NCBI GenBank assembly: GCA_951406725.2
Contig: OX597820.1
Coordinates: 70,866,001 to 70,930,000, forward strand
Origin: Octopus vulgaris
Lineage: Eukaryota
Direction: 5' to 3'
DNA: 64,000 nucleotides
In this document: positions 12,124 to 25,216 of the stretch, in pieces
Numbering within the stretch: the first letter of the stretch is position 1
Layout: each line of letters starts with the position of its first letter
Program-made: the position numbers and the translations under genes
Notes under the pieces: generated by a model
Seen by the model: the letters and a program-made list of their open reading frames with translations, nothing else
What the model was told of the DNA's origin: nothing
Databases searched by the model: none

Positions 12124-12338
12124 GAGACACAGGTTATAAATGGCATCAAAGCACTATTGCAACAACGCATATCTGAGAGTTTTGAGCAAATTGTCCGTCT
12201 GCAAGAAGCCCGTCAGCAGGTTCAGGCGGACTTGCAAGATAAGAATATTGCTATGGATATTGACATTGACCAGTACAATCTGTCCCACAAATCTCCAAAC
12301 ATTAGCTTCAAGCCAGACCCATTGAGAGTTCCAAAGGG
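12124..12338 (+). CDS. TEKT2: Tektin-2 coding exon 2
   Basis: tgtag|ETQVINGIKALLQQRISESFEQIVRLQEARQQ...SPNISFKPDPLRVPKG|gtaagg; phase 0 in, phase 2 out; matches the SPNISLKVDPTRVP region of TEKT2. Confidence 0.95.
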
Positions 12339-14264
12339 GTAAGGAATTCTTCTCATTCATGTCCAATATTGCTTGAAGATATCATCATCATCATCATCAT
12401 TGTTGTCATCCTCATCATCATGTACTTTTCCATGTTTGCTTGGGTTAGGTGAGAATATGTTGAGGTAGAGTTTTCCTGCAGCCATCCCAGCATTTGGTCC
12501 AAGGGAGGTAATAATATTCAAGTCTGTCAAGAAACACACAGCATGGACATGTTTATGCAGAGACAGAGAAAGAAAAGAAAGGACATCAAATGACTGAGTC
12601 ATTTGCTTACAAAAGATTGTGCAACATATCCAGAAGACCGAACAAGCTTTCAAGATGGACTGCAGGCAAAGGACTTCATCAGTAAGGCCATTGTTTACTA
12701 CTAACACACACATGTGAAGACAAAGAAAATACGAACCCACTCACACAAACCCAGATATACACACAGGCACAGACATGCACATACACACACACATACACAC
12801 ACACACACATTTACATATATATGTGTGTGTGTGTGTGTGTATGTATATATAACATTTGAGATTTGAAAGACAGGAGCATTAACTACAATATAAAGTGGTT
12901 CATTATTAGTTATACTCCATCATATAATTGTGGAAATTTTAAATGTGACCTCTGCCAAAAGAAAACGTATTATATAATTGCTTCAAAATTAGAATTATTA
13001 AATTGTAGAACCAGTCTTACATGGAAATGTTTCCATAAATGTAGAAAAACATTTAAATATTTCAATAACCCCTTGTTATAATTGTTTTCCCTATTATCTA
13101 ATAAGCATGATTTTTCTGAATTTTTCTTTAGTATACATAAATAGTTAGATCACTAAAAGATGTTACATGGAATTTCTATGTTTATTTTTTATTCTTTTGT
13201 TTACTGACATCATCATAAGTTTAAATACTAAAATGGCTTTTCTTTGAATATCATATTTCTTCATAACCTTCTTTTTGTATGCATTTATGAATTGTAGATA
13301 TCATTTCAGTTCTCTTTGAATTTAGCCTGATAATGTTGTGTTTGCACAAATTTTCAGATATATTGGTTTGAGTGGTATTTTGTACCTTATTTCTTTATCT
13401 AAATATGCTGGTACAATACAAACAATCGTTGGTAATATTTGGTGTAATCATCAATTAAAGATGTGTTATTTTCCATTCTTGTTCATGTTGTTATATATGT
13501 GCTTGTGTGTGTGTGTACTTTAATAGTAAATTAACAATGCCACTAATGGTTTTATGTAGAAAAATTCACAATTCTTCAATCATTCCACTTTTAGCAAGTT
13601 GGTCATTTTCAATAGGAATGCATGAGATTACATAGGGTTATGTAAAATTTCGAAATTAATAGATACATGAATGAAGGGAGTTTACTCATTTAGGGAGTTC
13701 TTTGATTGTTAGTTTCCTTGCATTGGCCTTGGTTTTTTGCAAGAATTTACATTCAAAATAGTTATATTGCATTATACAAGAACATTCACTCATACCTATA
13801 TTTATAAATATATAGATGTATACTAATGAATACAAGATGTGATGTAAGCCTGCAGTTTATGGATGTATGTGCATCTTATAATTTATGAGGTCTCCAAAGA
13901 TTTGCAATGGCAATTAGTCTATAAAATCGTAAATTCATAAAATATATTTTGCAAATAATGTGATGTTTTGTATTTGTGTTATGTATGTCTTATATATACT
14001 TGAGCAGTTTAGAATTCCAGCATAAGTTTCTGGGAGTATATGACTATTACATACTATATGTCACCAACCAATATTAATCTTATATCTTGAATTTATCCTG
14101 GTTGAATGGGTAAAAAGGTGGACGAAGGTTTATGCTTGAAATTTCATAGTTTGAATTGTCATTTGTGCATACAAGATGAGGTTTTCTCCCTTATGTTTAC
14201 TGGTGAAGTTATAATGTTTAATTTCTCTGTGATAAAAAGAAATTAACTGCTGCATCAGAAATTA

Positions 14265-14650
14265 AATGCAGCATTGAAAAATTCAATTTTTAGAACAATA
14301 TTATTTACATTGAACCAAATCTTGGTCAAAAAGATATGGACTTAGGAAAATATTGTGGTTTGATCCTCCGTATAACATGAGCATTGCCATAAATATCAAT
14401 AAATGATTTCTCAAACTTATTGTTATCCACTTCTTTCATACACATTAATACTACGGTGTTTCCCTTAAATAAAAACATAGTTAAAGTTAGATAAAGTTGC
14501 TTCCCCAAAATAGGCTCAGTGATCATCAGTCACAATAAGAATTATAGTATGAGAAATATTCCATAAAGATCTTGTAATTGTAGATCCCCCAATAACTGTC
14601 TTTTGAACAATTTGTGTCTAGAAAGAGAACTGGTTTATAAGGCTAACATT
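14265..14650 (+). mobile_element. Penelope-like element ORF remnant (Naiad-like thumb/linker to start of GIY-YIG)
   Basis: Frameshifted translation NAALKNS..RKILWFDPPYNMSIAININK*FLKLIVIHF..LNKNIVKVR*SCFPKIGSVIISHNK..SCNCRSPNNCLLNNLCLERELVYKANI. Confidence 0.8.
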
Positions 14651-14911
14651 ATTTACATGAATTAGACCACATACATAAATAAACACAAACACACACACAT
14701 GCATATACAACAGGCTTCTTTCAGTTTCCATCTACCAAAGCTGGTTGACAGCTATAGTAGAAGACAGTTGCCCAAAGTGGCATACAGTGGGGCTGAACCC
14801 AAAACTTGTGTGGTTAGGAAGTGAAAGTCTTAACCACAAAGCCATGCCTGGGCCTATTATAGCACATATCTAATAATTTCTTTATTCTATTTTCTCTACT
14901 GTTTCTTTCAG

Positions 14912-15134
14912 TTCCACCACCCCCTGTGAATGGGAAGAATTTAGCCGTTATAATGTTCAACGTGCTGAAGCTGAGGTAAGAGGATCTCGTACTTTAAGGG
15001 AAACAATTCATCATAATTTGCAACAGGCTCGGAATGATTTGGAGACAGCCCAAAAATCAACAAATTACAGTTTTAGAAAACGAATGCATGAATATGAAAG
15101 AGCAATCAAAGAATTAGAATGGCAAAAGAAAAAT
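14912..15134 (+). CDS. TEKT2: Tektin-2 coding exon 3 (absent from ORF track)
   Basis: tttcag|T then STTPCEWEEFSRYNVQRAEAEVRGSRTLRETIHHNLQQARNDLETAQKSTNYSFRKRMHEYERAIKELEWQKKN|gtaagt; phase 2 in, 0 out. Confidence 0.95.
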
Positions 15135-15491
15135 GTAAGTTTGTAATTTAACTTTAAGAGATTGAGTTTGGCTGTGTGGTTAAGAAGCTTACTTACCAAC
15201 CATGTGGTCTTCGGCTCAGTCCCAATGTGTGGTACCTTGAGCAAGTGTCTTCTACTATAGCCCTGATTTGATCAAAGCCTTGTGAGTGGATTTGGTTGAC
15301 TGAAACTGAAAGAAGTCCATCATATATATATATATACATATCATCATCATCATTTAGGGTCCGTTTTCCATGCTAGCATGGGTTGGACGGTTTAAATGGG
15401 GTCTGTGAAGCCGGAAGGCTTCATCAGGCCCAGTCAGATTTGGCAGTGTTTCTATGGCTGGATGCCCTTCCTAACGCCAACCACTCCGTGA

Positions 15492-15532
<41 letters not shown>

Positions 15533-15987
15533 GAAGTAAATATATGGCACAACGAAGTACCGATATTTACTGGAAAATAGCGAACGTAATAATACGACGC
15601 TAATGTATAGCTTCACCGTGTATATACTAACAAAAATGCATGAGTGCAACAAACTTGAAAAAAATTGTCTTACCTCCAGGGAGAACATCTGAAAGATGAA
15701 ACACCTAGAAAGGGATATTCTTTACTGGAAAGCAATACTCTCGTATTGCATTACTATTTTATATATATATAAAGTGAGAGGGAGAGAGAGAGATAGTGAT
15801 GCAGATGTAATTCCAAGTCCCCAGAAACAGCTGTTGGACTTGAAATACATGCCTCCCTCCTTAGATTTCTGTATTTTTTGTACTCCATGTAAATTAATTT
15901 TGTGAATATATAACTGTTTCTATATACATACATAAGTGTTCATCTACAGAATATTTTCAGTCCTTATTTCTCTCTATATATATCCCT

Positions 15988-17342
15988 CATCATCATCATC
16001 ATCATCATCGTTTAACGTCCGTTTTCCATGCTAGCATGGGTTGGACGGTTCGACTGGGGTCTGGGAAGCCAGGAAGCTGCACCAGGCTCCAGTCTGATCT
16101 GGCAGTGTGTCTTCAGCTGGATGCCCTTCCTAACGCCAACCACTCCATGAATGTAGTGGGTGCATTTTACATGCCACCGGCACAGGTGCCAGGGGAGGCT
16201 GGAAGTGGCCACGGTCGGTTCGTGCTTTTTATGTGCCACCGGCACAGAAGCCAGTCAAGGCGGAGCTGGCATCGGCCACGTTCGGATGGTGCTTTTTACG
16301 TGCCACTGGCACAGGTATCACAACTACAATTTCCACTGTGAGGCCCAACATTTGAAGGTCATGCTTGACCACCTCATCCCATGTCTTCCTGGGTTTATCT
16401 CTCCCATGGATACCTTCAACTGTTTGGGAGTGGCACTTCTTCACACATCTCTCTTCATCCATCCATAGTACATGACCATACCAGTGCAAACATCTCTCTT
16501 ACACACCACATCCGATGCTTCTTATGTACAGCATTTCTCTCAGGGCGCTTACACTCTGTCGTGTGTGCACACTGACATTACACATCCAGTGGATCATGCT
16601 AGCTTCATTCCTTTCAAGCCTACGCATGTCCTCTGCAGTCACAGCCAATGTTTCACTACTGTGAAGCATGGCAGTTCGCACACATGCATCATACAATCTA
16701 CCTTTCACTCTGAGCGAGAGACCCTTTGTCACCAGTAAGAGTAGAAGCTTTCTAAACTTTACCCAGGCTATTCTTATTCTAGTGGTGACACTCTCTGTGC
16801 ATCCACCTCCACTACATACCTGGTCACCTAGGTAGCAGAAACTATCAACTACTTCTAGTTTCTTCCCCTGGAGTGTGATGGAATCTGTTTTCTGAGTATC
16901 TGTGGTGTCTATTGCCCCTGTGCATCTGCCACACACGAAAGCTATCTTCTTGGTTAATTTTCCTTTAATGTTGCTGCACCTCTTATGTGTCCATAGCTTA
17001 CACTGGGTACATCTTATGGAGTTTCTACCTACACCTTTTCTACAGATCGAGCAGGGCCACCTACCTGATGGGGTATGTGATGAGTTCGCCCTCATACTTA
17101 CTATAACTTCGGTCTTTGCTACATTTACTCTAAGGCCTTTTGATTCTAAACCTAGGTTCCACACCCGAAATTGCTTTTCTAGTTCTGGTAGTGATTCTGC
17201 TATGAGGGCCAGGTCATCAGCATAGAGGAGCTCCCAGGGGCAACCCATCTTGAATTCCTCTGTTATTGCCTGGAGGACTATGATGAATAGAAGTGGACTG
17301 AAGGCTGAACCTTGGTGAACCCCTACTTCTACCCGGAATTCT

Positions 17343-17345
<3 letters not shown>
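15988..17345 (-). mobile_element. 5'-truncated RTE-clade LINE (RT C-half, PHD-type finger, 3' UTR)
   Basis: ORF 17248-16499 with LLYADDL, GLRVNVAKT, LEVVDSFCYLG, RIRIAW; continues WYGHVLWMDEERCVKK..RKTWDEVVK; 3' UTR and (GAT)n tail at ~15990. Confidence 0.93.
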
Positions 17346-17380
<35 letters not shown>

Positions 17381-18019
17381 CATGTGTATGTGTATGTATG
17401 TATGCATGCATGTATGTGTACATGCGTATGTATGCATGTATATATATATATACAGAGGCCCTTCTGTTGTTGTCACAACATCTCTCTACAAGAGGAAAAC
17501 TCTGAGAGAAAACTTGCATCACTAACAATATTCGATGATGTAGACTGGTTCTTTTCCAGTTTATGTTGTCCATGTTCAGAGAGTGGGAGTGGATTTGTGC
17601 AAATCTTTTCCCCTACTATAAAAAATCATCACAAACAGGCATCGCTTGAAAAAAATGTAAGACCTGTCACAAAAATGGCTGTTCATAGCCTTCGCATGTG
17701 TGGGACTTTTGATCAGGTGAAGGCAATACTCAAACATGAGTTTACAGCCATCCTGTATGTATGTATATTTTATGTATTAATCCCAAGTGTGTTTCTCTGT
17801 ACTACTACCTCAACATCAGCTGACCTGGATTCCTCTTATAGCCACTCTTTTACTCCACAGATTTAGATCTCAATAAAGACTTCAAAGTATAAGTCCAAAT
17901 CATTTGAGCATTATAAATGTTTTCTATATTGAGCATCTCTGGATCTCACCTGTTCTCCCCACCCTCTCTCTCTCTTTATATATATATATTTATTTTTTCA
18001 AGTATGCTTGTTTGAATCA

Positions 18020-18950
18020 TCACTGTAGAAACAAATCATTATGCAGAATATGAACAACCTGGAAAAAAAGACAGCTTGTAGTTTCTCACAATTGTAGAAG
18101 AAATATGGGCATTTTTTGCCATAAATATTATCATGGGTATAAGATAATTACCCAGGATTACAAATTACTGGACAATCAGGAATCTTTTGGCGATCAGTAT
18201 GTTTCTAGTATTATGTCATGAATATGATTTATGAAACTTAACCAGTATTTACATGTGAGAGACACTAGTAGTACCCCAGTATGTGGAGAACCAAACTTTG
18301 ATCCCTTATTTAAAATAAGACCCCTCATCGACTGCATTCAGAATGCATGTAAAACACTTTACAACCCTGAGAGATACTTATCCATAGATGAGGGCATAGT
18401 GGGGTTTAGAAGAAGGGTATGCTTCTGACAGTATATGCCAGGAAAGCCCATGAAGTGGGGTATCAAAGTTTAGAAAATTTGTGAAGCAAATACTGGGTAC
18501 TGCTGTGGATTTAGTTTTTATACTGGTAAAAGAGACAATAATGTTAGTCAGTATGGTCTGGAATTTGTCACTTCCATACCATAACGAGGGCTGTATATTA
18601 TTTTCTGACCGATTTTTTAGTTCAGTCAAATTTGCACTGGATTTAGAAGCTGTGACAACATATACATGTTCTACAGTAATTCCTAGTAGAAAAAGGCTGT
18701 CGTTGGATATAAAAAAAAAAGCAAAATTAAAAAGATGTGAAATAATCCAACGACAGAAAGGAAATCTGCTAGAGACTGCATTCAGAGATAAGAGGCAGAT
18801 AAATTTTCTATCTACCAGTGGACAACCATGTGTAGCTGAAAATGGCACCCTGTTTGTGAACATAGATTATAACAGGTATATAAGCAGTGTTGATCAGCTG
18901 AACCAAATGATGAGTTATTATCTGGTTGTTAGACCAGGTAATAAATGATG
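18020..18950 (+). mobile_element. Degraded piggyBac transposase (PGBD4-like, DDE_Tnp_1_7)
   Basis: ETNHYA..EEIWAFFAINIIMG..YLHV..DPLFKIRPLID..LSIDEGIVGF..QYMPGKPMKWGIK..DRFFSS..RDKRQINFL..DYNRYISSVDQLNQ, with stops and frameshifts. Confidence 0.9.
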
Positions 18951-19384
18951 GCAATACCATCATAAAAATATATTTTATTTACTGATCGATGATGAAATAT
19001 AATCAAAATGTAGAATCTAGTTGAATGAAGTATTCTATGCAAGAAATTCCAGAGATAGGAAATATAGAAATAACAGTTAACTGGTCGCTTTCAGTCATGT
19101 GGCATAGAGAAATAGATAGAGATAGCAATGACGTGAATGGCTCTAAGTCTAATCGACTAAGAAGTGAAGAGCAGGGTTAGCAAGCTGTTTTTATTAATGG
19201 AACGCTAGACATTCTAGAAACTTCTAAGAGAAACGCTAAGCTTTTTGAATAATTAAGATTCATGTCCCATGACACAGATGCTTTGAGAAACTTCATAAAG
19301 GGAGGTTACTCTACAAACCGTCTTGCAAGAGCGATCATTCAGCTATTTAGCTACATAAACTACGACAATTCTGATAGAAGAATA

Positions 19385-20181
19385 CCTTTGTTATCATTTG
19401 GTTTGGGTTTCAAAGTTCAAAATGGACTTTCATATCGCAGCAAACAGATAACAACACCTTAAATGAAGACCTTCTTTAGCCTGGGGTTGCTGGTGTTTCT
19501 CCTTCCCCTACACACTGTCTTCGGGGCTTAAAATTTTTATAGAGAACCCATTTCTCATCACCAGTCACTATTTGGTCCAAAGAAATTTCGTTTGTGAAAC
19601 GTGACAGCAAAGAAGAGCACACTTTCACTCTCTGCACACGATTAGACTCAGAAAGTTTGTGAGGAACCCATTGACCCAACTTGCTGACTTTTCCAATGGC
19701 ATGCAGATTCCAATGAATGGTTGAATGACCAAATCCAAGCTTGTCTGCTAGTTCCTCAACAGATACAATGGGATTTTGTTCCACCAGGATTTGTAGGATG
19801 TCCTTGTCGAGCTCTACAGATCTTCCAGGACAAGGCTCATCTTCTATGCATTAATTTCCAGCTTGGAATTTCTGACATTGGCTTACGTTTATTGTCCGAT
19901 CCCCATATACTGTATTAATATTCTTCGCACTTTCCATTGCATTGTTGCCTTTATTGAACTCATAAAGCGAAATATGGTGAATATGCCCCTCTGTCACTTC
20001 CATTATAGCTTTGAAAAAAATAACTGTTAAAATTGAACTGCACTCTTAAAAGCTTGCACTAAGAATAAGGTAAAATTACTACCTGCTTTTATAGCAAGTT
20101 GATGCAGGTAGTTTAACTCATCCCCTTCCAACTTTTAGTTCACAATTGTAAACACTGCATTATTTATGGGGTGACCCAATA
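19385..20181 (-). mobile_element. Mariner transposon, left TIR plus truncated transposase pseudogene
   Basis: TIR TATTGGGTCACCCCATAAATAATGCAG at 20181; ATG at 20003 (MEVTEGHIHHISLYEFNKG); WVPHKL and IVTGDEKWVLY motifs; broken after the GLH region. Confidence 0.92.
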
Positions 20182-21216
20182 TATAATATATCCACCCCAT
20201 ACCAGCTTGGACACCATCATCATCATCATTTAACGTTGATTGTCAATGCTGGTATGGGTTGGACAGTTTGACCAGAGCTGGTAAGGTGAGGGACTGCACT
20301 AGACTCCAGTCTGATTTGGCATGGTTTCTACAGCTAAATGCCCTTTCTAACATCAATGGATGTTAAATGATGATGAAAAAATGATGCTGATGATGGGCTT
20401 CTTTCAGTTTCCATCTATCAAATCTACTCACAAGCTTTGGTCAGTCCGAGGCTATAGTAGAAGACACCACACAGTTATATACATATGTGTGTATGTGTGT
20501 GTGTGTGTAAATAAGTATTTATGTATATGTGTATGTTTGTGTGTGTCCTTATCTTGAAATCACTTGATTGTTGTTAATGAGTATTATCGTTATACAAGCA
20601 AGATCATTCATTTTCAGTCCACTGTGAAAAATACACATCTATTAATGAGGAAATATTACCTTGCTTGGAAACATGACAAGGACTCACGACTGGAAGAGCA
20701 TCTGGCCACAGAAAATCTTCCTCATCAAATTCACTATACCATACATCTAACCACTGGAAGTCTGAAAAAGTGGTGTTAAAATGGTGATAATGAAGATTAA
20801 TTCCTAAATTATTGCAATTATCTCCCTTTTTAATTAATTTTAATTAATCAACAATTTGTCATGTGTCACATTTAGTACCAGCCTCACAGTTTAATTTCCT
20901 TTTTGAAATTCATGCTATTGGTCTATGTGAGTTATTCCCCTTGATGCATTTTTTAATCTTAATTCATTATCATCATCATTTTAACACCCTCTTTCTTCAG
21001 TCAGATGAAATTCACTGAGGCAGATTTCCTTTCGACTGATTGCCCCTTCCTGTTGCCAACTCACACCGGATTCCATGTAAGGTGATATTTCCCTCATTGC
21101 TGGACATGTTTCCATGGTAGATTGGAAACGATTGATACCAACTGTATGACAATGATACTCATGTACAATTATCACATGATGCCAAGAGAAGGAGATACAA
21201 CCCTGCCCCTCATACA

Positions 21217-22050
21217 TATCAACTTCTATTCTTTCCCCTTGGCATGTGATGGAAGATGTTTTCTGCACATTTTCAGTGTTTATTGCCCCTGAGCATTTGC
21301 CACACACAAAAAGTATCTTCCTAGTTAGCCTTCCTTTGATATCGTTGCACCTTTTCTATGTCCATAGCTTACACCAGGTACATCTTATAGAGTTTCTACC
21401 CACACTTTTTCTACAGATCAAACAGGGCCATCTATTTGAAGGGATTTGTGATTTGTCTGCCTTCCTACTTATTAAGACTTTGGTTTTTACTAGATTGACT
21501 CTAAGGCCCTTCAATTCTAGACCTTGCTTCCACACCTGAAACTTTTCTAGCTCTGATAGTAACTTAGCTATTAGAGCAAGGTCATCAGCATAGAGAAGCT
21601 CCCAGGGGTATCCTGTCTTGAATTCCTCTGTTATTGCCTGGTGGACTATGATGAATAAGAGTGGGCTGAGAACTGAACTTTGGTGGAACCCTGCTCCTAC
21701 CCGGAATTCTTCACTGTGCTCGTTGCCGACCCTCACTTCACTGTCAGCACCCCTGTACATGGCTTGTACAGCTCTCAATAACCACTCATCTATCCCTAGT
21801 TTCTGCATTGACCACCAGATAGGGGATCGGGGGACTCAGTCAAAGGCTTTCTCCATGTCAATGAAAGCCAGGTACAGAGGTTTATCTTTGGCTAGGTATT
21901 TCTCCTACAGTTGTCTTACAAGAAATATAGCATCAGTGGTGCTTTTCCCTAGCACAAACCCAAATTGCAACTCATCTAAACTAACTCTCTCCCTAATTAG
22001 TTATGCTATGACCCTCTTCGTGACTTTCATTACCTGATCCAACAAATTTA
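21217..22050 (-). mobile_element. Internal RTE LINE RT fragment, related subfamily
   Basis: QFGFV..STTDAIF..AFIDMEKAFD..HQSSVLSPLLFI..LLYADDL..then the same Cys/His finger (CLIC..CTWC..H..C..CGKC). Confidence 0.92.
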
Positions 22051-22606
22051 TATACTCACAAAATGTAAATTGAAAATTTCCGAGAATAAACCAGAATTAA
22101 AGTGAACCACAGTCAAAGATTGTGTTTATGGGCAATCTCCCAAAATATTAAAACATGCAGATAAATCTGTCCCCATGTTATTCATAACTTTTTTCTATAT
22201 GTAAAAGATAAGTTAATTGTTAGACAATAGCATGTTGATGAGGTCAAATAGACTGAAACATGTCCATAGTTATCCCTCACCTGCAAGCAAAGTTCTGACC
22301 TTTTTCCCTTCTCTCCTTAGCATGTAAATTGACTCTGAGAGTTTAACACTTAATTTCTTGAAATTATATCCCCTTTTCTTTGTAATTCACCAGCTGTTAG
22401 CACTAGGTTTTTGTTTATTTTCTCTAAATTAGAGGAACATTTCATTTAATCAATTAAATTTTTGCATAATGCATTCAGTAAACCACACTTTAATTAAATT
22501 ATCCTAATTCATGTCATTTGTCCATTTTAGTTGTTTCCCTTTTTCAGTGATAGAGAAGATGGTAGTTGTAAATCAATAAAGCACCACTTGAAAATTTAAA
22601 ATCCTC

Positions 22607-23085
22607 ATGTTGTCATCATCATCATCATCATCATCATACCCTCTACTACCTGCCCCACACTCCCTGCTCCACTTCCTCCCTTGTTCCTCCTCCACTTCCT
22701 CCTCCTCCTCTACTTCCTCTCCCTCCTTTACTTCCTCCTCATCTACTTACTCCTCTGCTTCCTCCTCTACTTCTTCCTCCACTTCTTCCTCTTCCACCCC
22801 TTCTTCCTCTCCTCCCCATTCTTCTTTCCCTTCTTCCTCTCCTCCTCCTCCCCTTCTTCTCCTCCTCCCTTCTCCCTCTCCTCCTCTTCCTCGACCTCCT
22901 GATCATCATCATCACCACCACCACTGCCATTATCATCATCATACTCTTCACTTCCTGCCCCATGCCCCTGCTCCTCTTCTTCCTTCTCTTCTGCATCTCC
23001 TCCTCCGCCTCATTATCATCATCACCACCGCCACTGCTATCATCATTATCACCACCACCTCCATCATCATCATCCTCATCATTGC
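22607..23085. repeat. Low-complexity (CCT/TCT)n + (CAT/CAC)n tract
   Basis: Direct inspection; similar trinucleotide tracts at 23700-23880, 26785-27070, 35510-35865, 43660-44010. Confidence 0.9.
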
Positions 23086-23274
23086 TTTATGTCTCTTTTT
23101 CCATGCTGGCATGAGTTAGACAGATCTCTCTGTGTTATACCATTCACACGAGATCTTTGCCATCTGACACAGACAGCAGCAGAGGTAACTTCCAGTCTTT
23201 GGTTTTGTTTCAATTATGGACCTCCATCAGCTTGGCTCGTTCTGAAGCTATGCTGAACCATATTTACTTATGAG

Positions 23275-23715
23275 GTCTGCCTGTATGGGTAAAAAGCTTG
23301 CCCCTTAACCATGTGATCATGAGTCTGACCCCACCATACAGTTCCTTGGGTAAGCATCTTCTGCTATAGCCCTGGGGTGACCAAAGCCTTGTGAGTGGAT
23401 TTTGGAGATGGGAACTGTGTGGAAGCCTACTTTATATGTATTTGTGTGTACGTGTGTGTGTGTGTGGCTGTGTGTGTGTGTGTGTTTGTGTGTTCGTGCA
23501 CACTTGTCTTGACATCGTCATCGTCATCGTCATCATCATTATAGAAGCAGTGTTGTTCATTTCCCATCTTCTATGGTGAAATATTACCTTACTAGGTAAC
23601 AAATGAGGGTTGGCAACGGGAAGAACATCCTGCCATAGAGATATTTGTGTCAACAAAATTTGGTGTGGCCCATTTACACATGGGAAAGTAGGCATTAAAT
23701 GAAGACAGCAATGAC
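23275..23715 (+). mobile_element. Older SINE with family-A head and RTE-type tail
   Basis: Head matches SINE A through the microsatellite; tail tgagggttggcaacgggaagaacatcc..catgggaaagtaggcattaaatga matches RTE 3' end. Also 46155-46570(-), partial 1830-2010, 20575-20780, 53520-53720. Confidence 0.7.
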
Positions 23716-24029
23716 GCTGTTGTCGGTGGTTGTGGTGGTGATGGTGGTGGTGGTGGTGGTGGTGGTGACTATGATAGATAGAGGTGGCAATGACAGCAGC
23801 AAGAGTGGTGGCAGTTGCAGCTGCAGCAGTGGCAGCAGTTGCAGTGGCAGTGATGGTAACAGTAACCATGACAATGACAACACTTAATAGAACAGAAGTG
23901 TTAAACTCATCATCGGAAATTGAACTTCTTCACCATTATGCCACGCTGCACATCATAATTATTCGCCAACTCTAAGCATCATGTATTTTATGCATGGCAT
24001 TTAAGGTTCAATACCCACTGCATGTGGGT

Positions 24030-24422
24030 AGTGGGTAGCGATTTTCTTCACCACTTCAGGGAGTAATGTCCCTGCCCGACACGAGTCCCGGACTCAGCTG
24101 GGTCTGGCTGACAGTATCTGGAAAGGAGACAACCTTCAAAGAAATCCAGAGTAGAGCCCCGTAAGCGGTTTAGTGTTTGACTTGACACTCTTCCAGCAGC
24201 TTCTGCAGCCAAGCCGCTGCCAAACGTAATGCTCTGCACTCCTTTGGACTATGTCAGCAAGGTCAAGAGAGGAATCCTGGCGATTGGGCTACCCAGGATT
24301 TTCTTACATCTAGCCCAAGCCTGTCCAAGACTGGAGAGGACATGAAATGTAAGAACCAGACTGGATTAGTTTATGCGCAACTCCATTATCTCTCAAGACA
24401 AAAGGATGCCAACAACAACAAC
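24030..24422 (+). mobile_element. Probable non-autonomous RTE/BovB-like derivative (5' UTR joined to 3' end)
   Basis: GC-richer body with gcagccaagccgctgccaaacgta..ctcctttggac, ending ccattatctctcaagacaaaaggatgcc(AAC)n; family assignment from recollection of RTE termini. Confidence 0.5.
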
Positions 24423-24898
24423 CCACTGCATCTATTATTATCAGCCACCTAATTCAAGAGGCTGGGTGTATTTTACCATGCTTCCAGCCCTTGGGATGCT
24501 ACCTGCAGAAAGTGTAAAGAGTCCCACCTCCTTTCTGTCAGTATTTTTTATTCTGAGTTAAACTGCTTGTTGTTGACTCAACTACTCTTAGATATGAGTG
24601 CGAAATAAACTGCATCCATTTGCCAAGTCATGTTGAGTCAATGAGGCAGAGTAGGTTCATCAAACCAGTATGATCTCAAGCCTTTCTCTGGTGGAGAGAA
24701 CATGCTGAGGCCCTTATCTGACAATAAACTGAACATGGGCAGTCCAATCCAATCCAATTGCCACCTCCATAGGGTGGATTTGAAATCAGTACTGATTTAG
24801 GAGCTTCTTTAAAATTGATATTCTGGGTTCAATCCTTCAGTGGTATTTGAACAAAACACAAAACTGGAACAATTACAGCAAGACTTGTCATTCTACAA

Positions 24899-25216
24899 CA
24901 TAAGTTCTCAAAGTGGGCGCTACCATCCCCTGGAGAGGTGCTGGTGTCTAAGGGGGCAGTGCAGGGGGCAAGGGGGTAGAGAAAAGGTAGCATTGGGAGG
25001 ACAGCAGTGGATTGGGGGATGCTATGAATTTATAATATTATTATAGTATTGTATACAAATTATATAATAATACATTAAATATCAAATGATTCATAGTATA
25101 TATAAATTAGAAAAATATAAAATATTTATTTACGCATAAAAATAGGGGTGGGGACGCTGAGGGTATTATGTGGCCATGAGGGGGTGGCGGTGGCCCCAAA
25201 TGTTTAAGAACCTCTG
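24899..25216 (+). mobile_element. hAT (Charlie-like) MITE
   Basis: Ends CAtaaGTTCTCAAAG ... TTTAAGAACCTCTG, 8-bp TSD ttctacaa (24891-24898) / ttctagaa (25217-25224). Confidence 0.75.

Noticed and set aside
17384-17866. 160-aa ORF
   Set aside because: Starts in a microsatellite, no recognisable motif; probably 5' flank of the piggyBac remnant.
18231-18948. Domesticated PGBD gene
   Set aside because: Multiple stops and frameshifts; a decayed transposon.
22607-23119. Ser/Pro/His-rich 170-aa ORF (also 43637-44017)
   Set aside because: Trinucleotide low-complexity DNA without splice or homology support.
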